Source: Octopus vulgaris (Eukaryota). Taken from it: DNA of 64,000 nt. The position numbers and the translations under genes were made by a program. A model generated the notes under the pieces. The model had not been told where the DNA came from, searched no databases, and saw nothing but the letters and a program-made list of their open reading frames with translations. Below are positions 41,324 to 55,007 of this stretch, in pieces. How positions within the stretch are numbered: the stretch's first letter is position 1; each line of letters begins with the position of its first letter. The stretch is from NCBI GenBank assembly GCA_951406725.2, contig OX597831.1, forward strand, positions 52,514,001 through 52,578,000, written 5' to 3'.

Positions 41324-41745
41324 TAGGCGCAGGAGTGGCTGTGTGGTAAGTAGCTTGCTAACCAGCCACATGGTTCCGGGTTCAGTCCTACTGCGTGGCA
41401 TCTTGGGCAAGTGTCTTCTGCTATAGCTCCGGGCCGACCAATGCCTTGTGAGTGGATTTGGTAGGCGGAAACTAAAAGAAGCCTGTCGTATATATGTATA
41501 TATATATATATGTGTGTGTATATGTTTGCATGTCTGTGTCTGTGTTTGTCCCCCTAGCATTGCTTGACAACCGATGCTGGTGTGTTTACGTCCCCGTTAC
41601 TTAGCGGTTCGGCAAAACAGACCGATAGAATAAGTACTGGGCTTACAAAGAATAAGTCCCGGGGTCGATTTGCTCGACTAAAGGCGGTGCTCCAGCATGG
41701 CCGCAGTCAAATGACTGAAACAAGTAAGAGAGTGAAAGAGAGAGA
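41324..41745 (+). mobile_element. SINE family A, full length
   Basis: Near-identical to 7557-8004. Confidence 0.9.
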
Positions 41746-42075
41746 GTAATATCAATTCATTCGGCCTTCGTTCTACACCGTGTTTCCCTTGACACTCTGA
41801 GGTTTTCCCAATATGAAAGCATGTATAAATGTTGAACTTACCTTTGGGACACAGAGCATATCGATCATTATTGGATCGAAACGATAAAAAGCCAACTGTT
41901 CCCAAATGATCAAAAGTTCAAGCCCTAGGTGGGCAATTTGATGTCCGTCTTCTTATGTCACTTCTGATAGATTTCCTTGTAAGCTTTATCACTTTTGCTG
42001 CGAGGAGTAATTAACATTCTCGAGAATATTTCAATCACAGACGTGCATGAGTATGCACACGCACGCACGCCACAC

Positions 42076-42131
<56 letters not shown>

Positions 42132-42327
42132 GTGTAATAATAAAGAGAGAGATGTATACCTATATATTCCCAATACGTCATATATGCAGCATCTATATAT
42201 ACATGAATGTATGTACAGCTGCATACATGCGTACAGATGTGTGTTTGTGTGCGTGCGTGTTTGTGTATGAGAGACACACATAGACACTATATAGACACAT
42301 AGGCAGACAAACATATGTACAAATATG

Positions 42328-42810
42328 TTTCTTTATTAGCCACACAGGGCTGCACACAGATAGAACAAATTACAAGGTAGAGCTTTTCTTTTGAAGATTT
42401 AAAAAAAAAAAAAAAAAATAAAAAAAAAGGAAGGGGGAGTTTCGATCAAAAGGGATCGTAAAAGGAGAGAAAGAGGACAAAAAAAAAGGGGGTTAAAAAA
42501 AAAGGGGGAGAGGAAAAAAAAAAAAAAAAAAAAATTGATCAATAGGGATCGTTATCACAGAAATGTCAATATGAAGTGTAAAGGGGAGGACAGGTGAGGT
42601 TTACCCGTGGAAAGAAAAGCCTACGGAAAAGACCACGGTAACCTCGGTCAATGAAGTCACATTTTATATTTCTTTTTTTTTTTTTTTTTTTGCAAATAAG
42701 CAACTCTCTGTTTTCGATTTCTGGGTTCATAGGACTATGCTCAAGGTGGCTTCGTCATTCATACGTGCCATTCTTGCTACATTCACCCATCTTTTTAAAA
42801 CATTCGCTAG
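42328..42810 (-). mobile_element. Tx1/L1-like LINE 3' end (ORF tail plus 3' UTR)
   Basis: ORF tail [26 protein letters not shown]-rich UTR, terminus gtgtggctAATAAAgaaa; related copies at 33984, 42901 and about 53265-53590. Clade assignment is tentative. Confidence 0.6.
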
Positions 42811-42877
<67 letters not shown>

Positions 42878-42927
42878 GGATGGATGGATGGATAGATATG
42901 TTTCTTTATTAGCCACACAGGGCTATG

Positions 42928-43028
<101 letters not shown>

Positions 43029-43029
43029 G

Positions 43030-43078
<49 letters not shown>

Positions 43079-43087
43079 GGATGGATG

Positions 43088-43166
<79 letters not shown>

Positions 43167-43365
43167 GCAGTTATCTGCTTTTGCGTGTCTATTCATGTAG
43201 GTAGGTGTGTATGCATATACATGCATACATGTATACATACAACCAGTTTTTTAAGTGCCCCACCCGTTAGATGTGTCAAAACAATTGTCGTGATTAATAA
43301 TAAAAATTCTCGTACATTCCATCTTCTGTCTTTCATTTACCACATACATACATACATACATACAT

Positions 43366-43396
<31 letters not shown>

Positions 43397-43434
43397 TATG
43401 AAATTGTCACCCATAATTATGACCCTAGAATCGA

Positions 43435-43822
43435 TCTATTGCATTTCAATCTCTTTTAGGGTTAGGGTTAGGGTTAGTTAAGGTTAGTTAGGGTTAAGAT
43501 TAGGGTTAGAGTTAGGGTTAGGGGTGGCGGGAAGGGTATCTTTTTTTTCTTCAGAAATGTAAATAAACCCAATCTGTTTCTTAAACAAGGGACATATTCA
43601 TACGGCACAGAAGGTTTTCACCTCAATAGACGTCATTGATTGGTTGAAATTGCAGAAATTGAAGAAAAAAAAACAACAAATATCTTACAAACTATAGAAT
43701 TTTCTCAATAAAGCCAAGAGAAAAAATGTTTTATAAACACATTCTACCAGTATACGAAGTTTAAAAGTGTTTAGCTACGTGGAAATTATTTTTAAAAACT
43801 GCCGGTCAAACCGAAAAGATCC
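43435..43822. mobile_element. non-autonomous DNA element (Helentron-like) containing (TTAGGG)n-like repeats at 43456-43522
   Basis: About 11 perfect or degenerate TTAGGG units followed by about 300 bp ending ...ctgccggtcaaaccgaaaagatcc. Confidence 0.5.
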
Positions 43823-44679
43823 TATTGCTCTAAATCAACGAGATCGTCATGGCAGGAATGTCTTTTGTTATAAACCTAGTCGATCAATATTTCCCCCTTG
43901 GTTCGAACTAGTAATATGAACACATCAGTCAGATTAAGAAGTTTGCTTCGCGGTTTGTAAGTCTTAGGATCGATCCCATTACATGACTGTAAGCATCTTC
44001 TGTCATAACATCGTATATACTGAAGCCTTGTGAGCGGAATTCCACCGATCCATTTTCGCTGCCCACTGTTTCTGGTAAGGCCGTGCGGGGTAGAGTCCCC
44101 AGCTAGGCTGGATTAAGAAGACTATAGAAGCCCTAAGCACTTAAAAGAATTTGGTGTCCCTGTAAGGCAGGATTCGTGACTGACGAATCTTCGCTGCGGG
44201 CTAGCTAGGAAGCTGGTCAGCAGGAAAACAAAAGGACTTCCGGGAGGAGAAGGAAAACCAAAGAATGTCAACAGCGAGCGTGAAACGAATCTGAATGAAC
44301 TTAAACAGAAATAACTGACAAATTAAGCCCTGATGTACGTGAATAAACCTTTGGTAAATGTATTCTTGTCTCCACTAGTTTGTTTGCGTATAGCTTAACA
44401 ACGCTATATCCCCATATATATGTGATTCAAAGTATAAACAACAGTAAACCCTAAAGTAAATTTTTCTGCTCTTATCAATCACTTCGAATATTACTTTAGC
44501 AAGTTTAAAGTGATTTCTTTTGTGTCGTAAACCATTTACCATTTCTGCTTCCCCCACTACCACCACCACAACTACCACTTACCTTGATGCCCTAATCATG
44601 TGCTTATTTTGTTTAATGGTTAATCCAGCTCTGGTCCTCAGGCACCTCCTCCTGTGTGTAAGTGTGGGTATATATATAT

Positions 44680-45175
44680 GGTATTGTGCATCGAGAATTC
44701 GACTCCCAGGGCCAAAACGTCAATCGAGAATTCTACTGTGACGTTTTGAAGCGTTTGAGGGAGGATATTCGGCGAAAGCGACCGGATCTGTGGTGCGCGA
44801 AGAATTGGATCTTCAGGACGACAATGCACCCTACTACCGAGCTTTCTTCACTCGTAAGTTTTCCACCAAAAGCAACATGGTATCCCACCCTATTTGCCAG
44901 ATTTAGCACCTACGGACTTCCATCACTTCCCCAAGTTGAAAATGCAGCTCAAAGGTCGTTTTAAACACCGTTTTCGAGATGCAGAGCGAATCGCTGAAAG
45001 TCCTCGACTCGCTTACGGACGACTTCCAGGCCGGGTTCCAAAAGTGGCAGGAACGTTGGTACCGGTTTATTGATGCGCAAGGTGGCTGTTTCGAAGGAGA
45101 TGATGTTAAAACTTAGATAAATAAGTATTTTTTTTTATTAAACAACTAGTCCGGGGACCTTTTGATACCATCTCG
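44680..45175 (+). mobile_element. mariner 3' half remnant
   Basis: GIVHREFDSQGQNVNREFYCDVLKRLREDIRRKRPDLW...DNAP...PYLPDLAPTDF..FPKLK, frameshifted, with a TIR-like end ccggggaccttttgataccatctcg. Confidence 0.88.
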
Positions 45176-45234
45176 TGTGTGTGTGTGTGTCTCATGTTTG
45201 ATCTTTGACCTCTGGCCGAAATCAGATCGCCATG

Positions 45235-45470
45235 TTGATTCGTTAGTTACTGCACGCATTTTTTTCTCTCCTTCTTTCTGTGTTTTTTTTCTCTCTGTGT
45301 ATCTTTCTGTTGAAGAGCGTAGGCTCGAAACGTTAAAGACTTGTTTTATTTATATTTCCTGAGCGCCATACTAATACAATTGTTTGTTTGTTTCCCACCT
45401 GCCTTCGTCTTTTGTCTATTTTCATAAAGCTTCCCGTTATATATATATATACACACACACATATACACAC

Positions 45471-45525
<55 letters not shown>

Positions 45526-45700
45526 AGATCGTTAGCGACTACACACATTTTTTACTCTCCTTGTTTTTTCTGTGTCCCTTTCTGTAGAAGAGCATAGGCT
45601 CGAAACGTAAAAGACTTTTTCTATTCTTGAGCGTTATACTAATACATCTGTTTGTTTTGTACACCACCTGTCTTCGTCTTTTGTTTTTTTCGTGAAGTCT

Positions 45701-45703
<3 letters not shown>
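45235..45703 (+). mobile_element. two tandem P2 repeats, each with a hammerhead-like motif (45303-45338, 45578-45613)
   Basis: cttt-CTGTTGA-a-gagc gtag gctc-GAAA-cg-tt-aaag and cttt-CTGTAGA-a-gagc atag gctc-GAAA-cg-ta-aaag, separated by a microsatellite. Confidence 0.75.
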
Positions 45704-45746
<43 letters not shown>

Positions 45747-45782
45747 TCAAACTAACTATGACTTAATTTTTCCTCTCACACC

Positions 45783-45834
45783 GTCTCCGATGAAGGGATA
45801 TTATTAATTAATATCCTAGAAACAGCTGTAAGAC
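45783..45834 (+). ncRNA. putative minimal type I hammerhead ribozyme (U4C core)
   Basis: gtct-CCGATGA-a-gggatatt(attaatt)aatatcct-a-GAAA-cagctg-TA-agac: stem I 4 bp, stem II 8 bp, palindromic stem III, GUA triplet. Confidence 0.7.
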
Positions 45835-45924
45835 CTTCTATCTATAAATGCTCTAATATCTATACAGCCTTGGTTTTTATCTTATTACGCAAAAAATTTT
45901 CTCTCTCTCTCTCTCTCTCTCTCT

Positions 45925-45979
<55 letters not shown>

Positions 45980-47484
45980 ATAAACCATATATACATACAC
46001 ACTTATACATGTATATATTTATGTAAAAACACACACGCAAATACACCATATATACAAAGAAAATATTACATAAGCCACTACAACTGTACACAATGAACAA
46101 ACTTCTATGCCAATGTCACAATAATCTACCATCATCTTCCAACAATTTCTTTCACTAAAAAATTATTTCTCTCGTATATTTTTTTTAGGAAACTGTTTCA
46201 TCTCGTCTATTATTTTTCCTATTTCCAATCCAATGTTTCGATTCTTCACAAGAATTTCTCACTGGTTTTGAGTTGTTTTGTTGTTGTTGTTTTTGTTGTT
46301 TTTTGGGGGGAGATGTTGTTTTGTTTTCTCTTGTGCTTATTTTTGCTTTTATTATAAGTCTTTAGGGGCTTGTTTGTAGTGTTGTTTATTATACGTTTGT
46401 GTGTGTACATTAAGCCACATGTATATACATACATACATGCATACATACATACATACATATATACATGCATACATGCATGCATGCATACATACATACATAC
46501 ATGCATACATGCATGCATACATACATACATACATACATACATACATACATACATACATACATACATGCATACATACATGCATGCATACATACATACATAC
46601 ATAAATGCATATATACATACATGCATACATACATTCATGCATACATAAATACATACATAGGTACAGTCATAAATACATACATACATACATAAATATGTGT
46701 GTGCGTATGTACGTATGTTTGCATGTTACACTTATGTTTCTACGCACACACATATATACATGCATATATGAATATATACGTATATACATAAAGATATATA
46801 TACATACATACATCTATATATACATATATATATATATATATATACATATATATTTATATGTATGTATGTATACATGTATGTACGTACGTATGTATGTACG
46901 TATGTATGTATGTATGTATGTATGTATGTATGTACGTACGTACGTACGTACGTATGTATGTACGTATGTATGTATGTATGTATGTATGTATGTATGTATG
47001 TATGTACGTACGTATGTACGTACGTATGTATGTACGTATGTATGTATGTATGTATGTATGTATGTACGTACATATGTACGTACGTACGTACGTATGTATG
47101 TATGTATGTATGTATGTATGTATGTATGTATGTATGTATGTATGTATGTATGTATGTATGCACACAGTGAATTCTGACATCTCACATTCCAGACCTCGGA
47201 ATCTGAACTTATTAGATTTGTCGTTCTGCGTATCATGGGTCATGTGTATGTATATGTATGTGCCTATTGTGTGCGTCTACATGTGTGCATGTGTGTGTGT
47301 GTATGTGTTTGCGTGTGCGTATGTATGTGCGCGCATGCGTGTGTTTGTTTGTGTTTATATTTTTATGTATGTTTTTTTCTATCTTATATTCTGCTTGTAT
47401 TTTTAATTATATTTGATTATGCATACGCTTTGTGCGTGAATGTATGTTTGTATATTCGTACTTATACATGCAAACACACATTGA

Positions 47485-47559
<75 letters not shown>

Positions 47560-47952
47560 GCACACACACACACACACACACACGCACACACACACACACA
47601 CACGCACGCACACACACACACAAATACACTCGTACGTACATATACACTCGTAGGTTTGGTGGTAGAAACAGAACTAGAAATCAATGCGCAAACAGGGTGT
47701 ATATATTTCTTTCTCAATTAACGGTAAAGCAATATACGACTCAAGAAACTAACGTTTCGCTTACAGACCTTGGCAAATGTTGGTGTCATGCGCAGAACTT
47801 TATACCCTCCACCTCTCATGTAGTTCTGTAGCTAAACAATATATGTCACTGTATGTGTATAGGTGTATGCACATGTATGCTTGTGTGTGTGCGTGTGTGC
47901 GTGCGTGTGTGTGTGTGTGTCTGTGTGTCTGTGTCTGTGTGTGTATTCACAC

Positions 47953-48168
47953 ACGAGGAGTTGCAGAGAAGTTCCAGGTTTGGGCAAAAGAAAATACGGG
48001 AGGACCAGTTAATTATGATTTTATTCGACATATTCCTCTCTCAGATTAACTCACTTATTGCAGCAGTCCTTCAGTTTTTCTAAGACCTGTAAAGAACTCG
48101 GAAGGTTGGGCCTCCAACCAAGCCTTTCGCGATACCGTCAAAGCCAGGAAATTTTCGGCCCTCCTTTC
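47953..48168 (-). mobile_element. mariner-derived MITE
   Basis: Imperfect TIRs (cgaggagttgcagagaagttccaggttt / aaagccaggaaattttcggccctcc); retains the transposase tail [10 protein letters not shown]; a related copy in the opposite orientation at about 54306-54478. Confidence 0.65.
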
Positions 48169-48299
48169 TATGTATGTATGTATGTATGTATGTATGTATG
48201 TATGTATGTATGTATGTATGTATGTATGTATGTATGTATGTATGTATGTATGCATGTATGTATGCATACAGGCATGCAAGTATGTATGTAGATATGTAT

Positions 48300-48530
48300 C
48301 TCATCTTCTTCACCCACCTATTCCTCGGAAGATCATGGAGTCCTCAAATACGCCTTTCATCAGGTCTTGTCAGAAATAACCATTCCTCAATTGATCCGGG
48401 TTGATCCCCAAGCGAGCCCAATCGAGCTCGTGAATGTTATCCAACCACCTTGTTCACAGTCTAACTCTGTGTCTTCTGCTAGTCGGTTTTACCCAAAAAA
48501 CCTGTCCAGCTATTCTTTCCCCAAAAAACC
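48300..48530 (-). mobile_element. RTE LINE 3' remnant
   Basis: ERIAGQVFWVKPTSRRHRVRL*TRWLDNIHELDWARLGI resembles KPTGKRPRGRPRTRWLD. Confidence 0.65.
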
Positions 48531-49207
48531 CTAGTCTTCGTAACTCAGAGAAAGTACCAAATTGGTGACTGGCATATAAAAGACCACCGAAATTTGTAGT
48601 ATGCTTAGAAGCAATAAGAGCGTTCATCATCATTTGTGCCATGTAACAAGGGAAGCTTTCAAGCTTTAGATAGATGGGAAGTCTGTCTGAAACATATATT
48701 GCAGTCTTCATCAAACGCTGCGAGAACTGGCGATGGGCCTGCGACCTGTCCAGGGTGACGTGGGATGGCCGCATAAAGTTTAAGTACCTCAAAACCCAAA
48801 TAGGGACGCAAAAGAGAGCAAATTCTAACAATTGGTATGTATGTCTTTATATATAAGTACTGTAGTAAAAACATGATAAATAGAACTCAAAACAGTAAAA
48901 TATGTCATTTTATATTGGTAGAAGTTACAGAGTGATTTAATGGCCGAGACTTTAATGCATTGTACTTCATAAATGCCATCTCACGAAACTCTCGGTCCTT
49001 GAGAGATTTGTAATTTCTGCCGACTAAAAATGATATGTGTGTGAATTTGTACTTATGTATGTATGTATGTATGTATGTATGTATGTATGTATGTATGTAT
49101 GTATGTATGTATGCATGCATGAATGTATATATGTACACTAAACTTAATGACTGACAAGGGAGGGAAGCTCCCTACAGCCGCTATATATATATACATATAT
49201 ATATATA

Positions 49208-49266
<59 letters not shown>

Positions 49267-49430
49267 CACATGCATAAAAATAGCACATATACATACATAT
49301 ATATACATATACATTTGTATATGTATGTATATATATACGCATATATGTATATTTGTGTGTGTATGTTTGCGTGTTTCATTGATCGATATTCAACATCTTA
49401 TGCCAGTATATGCGTGTGTAAGTGTCGATA

Positions 49431-49839
49431 TATTCTTTTCTACTCGAGGCACAAGGCCCGAAATTTTGGGGTAGTGGGGCCAGTCGATTAGATCGACCCC
49501 AGTATGCAACTGGTACTTAATTTATCGACCCCGAAAAGATGAAAGATGAAAGGCAAAGTCGACCTCGGCAGAATTTGAACTCAGAACGTAGCGGCAGACG
49601 AAATACCTATTTCTTTACTACCCACAAGGGGCTAAACACAGAGGGGACAAACAAGGACAGACAAACGGATTAAGTCGATTACGTCGACCCCAGTGCGTAA
49701 CTGGTACTTATTTAATCAACCCCGAAAGGATGAAAGGCAAAGTCGACCTCGGCGGAATTTGAACTCAGAACGTAGCGGCAGACGAAATACCGCTAAGCAT
49801 TTCGCCTGGCGTGCTAACGTTTCTGCCAGCTCGCTGCCT
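49431..49839 (-). mobile_element. SINE family B dimer with imperfect 14-bp TSD
   Basis: Same two-body architecture and junction as 6873-7275; flanked by tgtaagtgtcgata and tgtatgtgtcgata. Confidence 0.88.
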
Positions 49840-50239
49840 TGTATGTGTCGATACATTACGTATAGCGAAGTCGATATATTAAGTACCATTGAATACTGGA
49901 GTCGATGAAATTGCTGGCCATGTGACAAAATTTGAAATCAATATTTTGTAGAGGTTTAGATATGATCATTCCACCACTATTTATATATATTAAGGGTATG
50001 TCCTGTACATCATTGTAACTTCTGATATTTTCCTCTCCAGAACTATTCTTTCTACGGGTTGATTTGTATTGTGTTCTGGACCTTTACAACATGCTGCATA
50101 AGTAGATAGTGTCGTGAGGAGATTTTAGGGCAGTTGTCAATACAGCGTTAACTCTGTTGATCCTTGGTTATCACATATAGATGTTTACTTAAATCCCTGT
50201 TCCTTTTGTCCACCACAAGTTCCAGTCCTTGTTCCTGTA

Positions 50240-50550
50240 CAGCGGCTTGTGTACCTCAACGAACCCAAGAGCCATGCCAGTAAAACGCAAGTTCCTGGTT
50301 GTGTCTCCTATGCTGAACAGTCAAAAATAGAGGCCAGGCTAATATGGACCTCCTGTTCTCAAAGCTAAAAACAGGTTTGCGTAGGGCCAACACGCATACC
50401 TAGAACACAGTAAAGCTGCAGAAGTGTCGATGACAATTCAAAGCCAACAAGACTTGAGAGAAAAAAGACAGTTCAGAGTTGAGAACAGTGAAGAAAAGCC
50501 ATCAATGACTTATATTCCATAGGGAGCGAAGGGCTTAGGCAGTAAGTAGT
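50240..50550 (+). mobile_element. possible internally deleted RTE derivative (5' UTR joined to 3' end)
   Basis: 5' part resembles RTE 5' UTRs as recalled (gagccatgcc...cctggttgtgtctcctatgc...gaggccaggctaa); ends cttatattccatagggagcgaagggctta..gtaagt, like an RTE 3' stem-loop and tail. Confidence 0.45.
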
Positions 50551-50559
50551 GTTCCCTTT

Positions 50560-52330
50560 GTGCGTCAGACTATTGTTTCCAGTTGCTTAATTGTAAAAGC
50601 CTTCTCTTCAATTTGAGAACTAACATAAGATACACTATTCTAGTTATATATGTTACTGTTATTATAGAAGTTTCCTGACACCACAGCTATACATAATATG
50701 TCTACTGACAAAGAAAAACCTTTTCGTCAGATGTTCTGTTGTGGCAGCTGGAGCTGTGCAACTTCAAGTGAGTGTCTCTTGTCATCAGTTAGGAAATATT
50801 TTCCAAGAAAATTCTTTCCTACATATGATTTTATTTACCTCATATCTGCAGACTTCTTCTGCCATGGAAGCACTGCAACACTTTGAGGTTAGTAAATGCT
50901 TTCGAAGGAACATATGACAGTCTAATGCTGTTTGAATCGATATTAAGTCCTTGCCTCTTTGTTTTGGTTTTAGTTAGAAGCACTCAGTGTCGCTAGTGAT
51001 GTGGAAATTTTTGATGGTAATTAAATGTTTACGACTTTTAACATCCAATGCTAACAGCTCTGTATATTATACCTCTAGTGAGACATGCTGATAAATTTTG
51101 ATAAGATACACTCGATAAAAGTCAATTTATTTGTACCTCTTTCAAGCCTCTCTAGTTTTTATTACATTTTCCTAACACTGCATACTTTTAGTATAACATA
51201 TGAAAGTATTTACTCCAGAATAAATCCATATCTTCTTGAGACGGAGCATCTGGACTTTTTATTCGCTGTTCCCCAGCGCATCATCTCTCTGTAGACTACT
51301 GATTCATTTTAAAGGAATTTCTTGTTAAACATTTTTCGTTCATTTATCCTCTTAAATGACGAAGTTTCTCACTGACAGCTTTTAACATCTATTGTAGGGC
51401 GATCAATTTGTTTTTTCAAGTGCTCTCTTTTTTGCTATCTCCAAATTGTTATCTATTTTGTTTTTCAGTTTTTGTTGGTGAGATGTGTAGCTGCTCATTT
51501 GTTTACATCCGATAGACGTCGCCACATAGTTGATTGTCTTCTGCAGATCAATGATCTTTTTCTGTTTTCTAAATCTATGAAGGCATTTTCGCAATAGTTT
51601 TGCATTTGTTTACTCCTATAGTATTTTCACTATACAGATTAACAGTTGTGAAAAGGGAATATAAATAGGCGTTTATTTGCCAAAATGAAGGAACATTACG
51701 TTATAGTAAATATTCACCGCCTATATCGTTAATCACTGTCAACATCAGATCTATTAAGTCTCTTATCAATCCCAGTTAGGTATGGTCTGTTTTGTAATTG
51801 TAATTTTAGAAACGAATCAATCTTCACTTGAAACATTTTGTTAAGAATACTTTACAAGTGTTTATATTCTTTATTCTCCCGGCTCTTAATACCTTTATTA
51901 TTGAGGCTACTGCTATGGCCACAGGCAGCTAGAGGTGACATATTGGCTGTCAGAGTTTGATGTGTTGCTGCACGTGCTTTCGTAATTACTGTAGGCATGT
52001 GCGTTTTAAGAATATGTTCATTTACTGTTATTTGTACACAGTTCTTGCTTTTGGGAATAAAATTACAATCAACAATCCTTCTCCTGCGTTCAACAATTGT
52101 CGTTTGCTGGCGTAATTGTTTTGTCGTGAAATAATTTAGCTCTGGGTGAAGTTCGTCCCAGTACAATTTTATTCTATTCATATAACCAACAGAGGAATCT
52201 CTTCGTTTTTGCCAATTTATAGTAATTACACAAGTCATTACTTAGTTCAAAATTCCAAGAAAATGTACTTCATAATTTCCATTTCTTCTATAACTACAAC
52301 AAATAAAATTCTGTTTAGCTTTATCAGTGT
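50560..52330 (-). mobile_element. heavily decayed R4/Dong-like element, N-terminal region
   Basis: VGYMNRIKLYWDELHPELNYFTTKQLRQQ (Myb-like N-terminus of R4/Dong ORFs) followed by fragmented basic, helical segments. Confidence 0.6.
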
Positions 52331-52714
52331 TGTCTTCTTTCTTCTGTTTCTTTACCGATGCTGTTAATATTGTCGCAGTTCATCCATCTTGTTTGCTGTG
52401 ATTCCCTGCATGGCAAATTCAAATTTGAAACAAATGTTGTTATGATCTTGAAAAAAAAAATACATCAGTGAATGCGATCAGAAAAAATAATTCATTATTT
52501 AACAAGGCTGGTATTTGAGATATTAATGTTGGAAATTCAATAATCTCCCACGACAACCATAAGCGTGTTCCCGCTGTGTGTCATACTATATCTATACGTA
52601 GATAGGTAGGTAGGAAGGTAGGTAGGTAGGTAGATATGTAGGTAGGTAGGTAGGTAGGTAGGTAGGTAGGTAGGTAGGTAGGTACGCAGATATGTCTGCA
52701 TGTACTTTCCATTA

Positions 52715-53070
52715 TCTTTTGTTAGTTTCAGTCATTCGAAACGATAACAGCAACCATGCTGGAGCAGAGACTCGAAGCGTTTAGTCGACCAAACCGACCC
52801 CATTACTTATTCTGCTAGACTCCTTTGCCGGGCCGGTAAGCTATGGGGATGTAAACAAACCAACACCGGCTGTCAAACACAGGCACACGAACATATACAT
52901 ATATATATATACACGACGGACAGTTTCCGTCTACCAAATCCACTCACGAGGATTTGGTCAGCCCGAGGCTATAGTAGAAGACACTTGCCCAAGGTGCCAC
53001 GCAGTGGGACTGAACTCGGAACTCTGTGGTTGGTAAGCAAGCTACTTACCATACAACCACTCCAGCACCT
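52715..53070 (-). mobile_element. SINE family A
   Basis: Reverse complement of head, core and tail; further copies at 55243-55540(+), 56455-56640(+, 3' half) and 63305-63715(-). Confidence 0.8.
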
Positions 53071-54170
53071 GCTATATGTGTGTATATTTATATATGTATG
53101 CGCGTGAGTATATTATTGTTCAGCACTAGTTCAAAACTGATCCTGCAAACTCGTTTAAGGAATTATAAGCATGGCCATTCTTTCAGGCATAGTCAATCTG
53201 GACTACATTATTGAATGTGTTATTCATTTTCTTTTCTTCTTTTTTTACCTTTTTCTAAGATAGACTTCTTTATTAAATGACGCAGGGCCGAACACGGAGG
53301 AGACAATACAATGTAGGACTTTTCTTTTCAAAACCGATCAATAGGGATCGAAAACGTTTTGGAACATGTACACAAGGAGATAACAAAGTGTCGTTTTAAC
53401 AACTGAAATTCCTCAAAGGGAAAGAAAATATAACACTGACTAAGGTTATCCGTGGAAAGAAAAGCCTACGAAAAAATTCCACGGTAACCTGGGAAGAAAT
53501 AAACATGGGAGCAAAGCGCGCGTTTTCTTTTGTTTTATAGGTTCATACTCAAAGTGGGTCCATCATTCATGCATACCATCCTTGCTATTTGTAGTAAAGA
53601 CTGATCTGAGGGAGATTTTTTTCCAGTGACACATAGAAGTGTACGTTTGTATGCATGTATTTATGTATGCATGTATGTATGGATGGATGGATGGATGGAT
53701 GGATGGATGGATGGATGGATGGATGGATGGATGGATGGATGGATGGATGGATGGGTGGATGGATTTATGTATATATCTATCCTATCTTTATTTCATTTAA
53801 TTTTTCAATATTTAAATTCTTTCTATACAGAAGTAACAAATTTCTGACAAAGAAGAAATCAACTTGTCGCTAGAATTTTTATAACAACAACAATAAATGT
53901 CAGGTGTTGAACTATCGAAAGGACTTGCATATTTTTACTAATTCGTTTACTTATATTTGCACAATGAGCGTTAGCTAGTCATTTCTTTGCTTGAAAACCC
54001 TAGATTTTTGTGACTGCCACGTTGACATTTGATAACATTACCAGGTGAAAGTCAATGATTATTAATGTATTTGGATCTATTATCTGAGTACAAAAGCTGT
54101 TAGCAGGGCCGTTTTAACAACATTATTGACCCTTGGGCAAATCAGTGTGTTGGGCTCTATAGTACCTATC

Positions 54171-54248
<78 letters not shown>

Positions 54249-54484
54249 CTTACCTGTCTGGCTCTCTGCCTACCTCTCTGTCTGTGCGTGTGTGTGTGTC
54301 TACACACGAGGTTGTGATGGAAAGTTCCTACCTTTAAGGTTATCACGAAAGGTCCGGCTGGAGGCCCAATATTCCAAATACTTTTACAAAGCGTAGGAAA
54401 ACTGAGGGACCGCTGCATTAAGAGTGAGAATCTGAGAGAGGAATATGTTGAATAAAATCATCATTAACTGATCCTGGCTGTCTG

Positions 54485-54856
54485 GTGCCGAGTCGGCTCC
54501 GCTGGCCACACCATTTGTTCCATTCCCCGCGTGCTTTCACCGTTCTCCTCCACGTTGTTCCAAACACCCTTTTTTTAAATCATATTCCCACCCGACTGGA
54601 GGTCTTCCAAGTGGTCTCTTCCGTTCGCGTGGGTACTACTCGACAACTGCACGGGCCCATCGATTGTCTGTTTAACCATGCGACATGACCGGCGTGGTGG
54701 TATTCTGCGACGATGTCCTTCATTCTAATTCCGTCCCTGATCTCCTCGTTCCGGATGTGATCTCTTATCGAGATTCCCAACATCGACCTTTCCATGGCTC
54801 TCTGCGCTGTGAGCAGATTTTGCTCTTCTCTCTCCGTGAAGGCCCAAGTCTCACAT
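54485..54856 (-). mobile_element. RTE LINE 3' remnant
   Basis: ETWAFTEREEQNLLTAQRAMERSMLGISIRDHIRNEEIR...AGHVA...NRWARAVVE*YPRERKRPLGRP. Confidence 0.85.
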
Positions 54857-54857
54857 G

Positions 54858-55007
<150 letters not shown>

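Noticed and set aside
50041-50101. Possible exon after the strong acceptor ttttcctctccag
   Set aside because: Weak donor, nearby stops and no recognisable homology.
50731-50767. Possible micro-exon (ttttcgtcag|ATG...TCAA|gtgagt)
   Set aside because: Splice-like signals are present but no frame gives a recognisable UNC-93-like peptide, and it lies in a decayed antisense retroelement region; RNA-seq would be needed.
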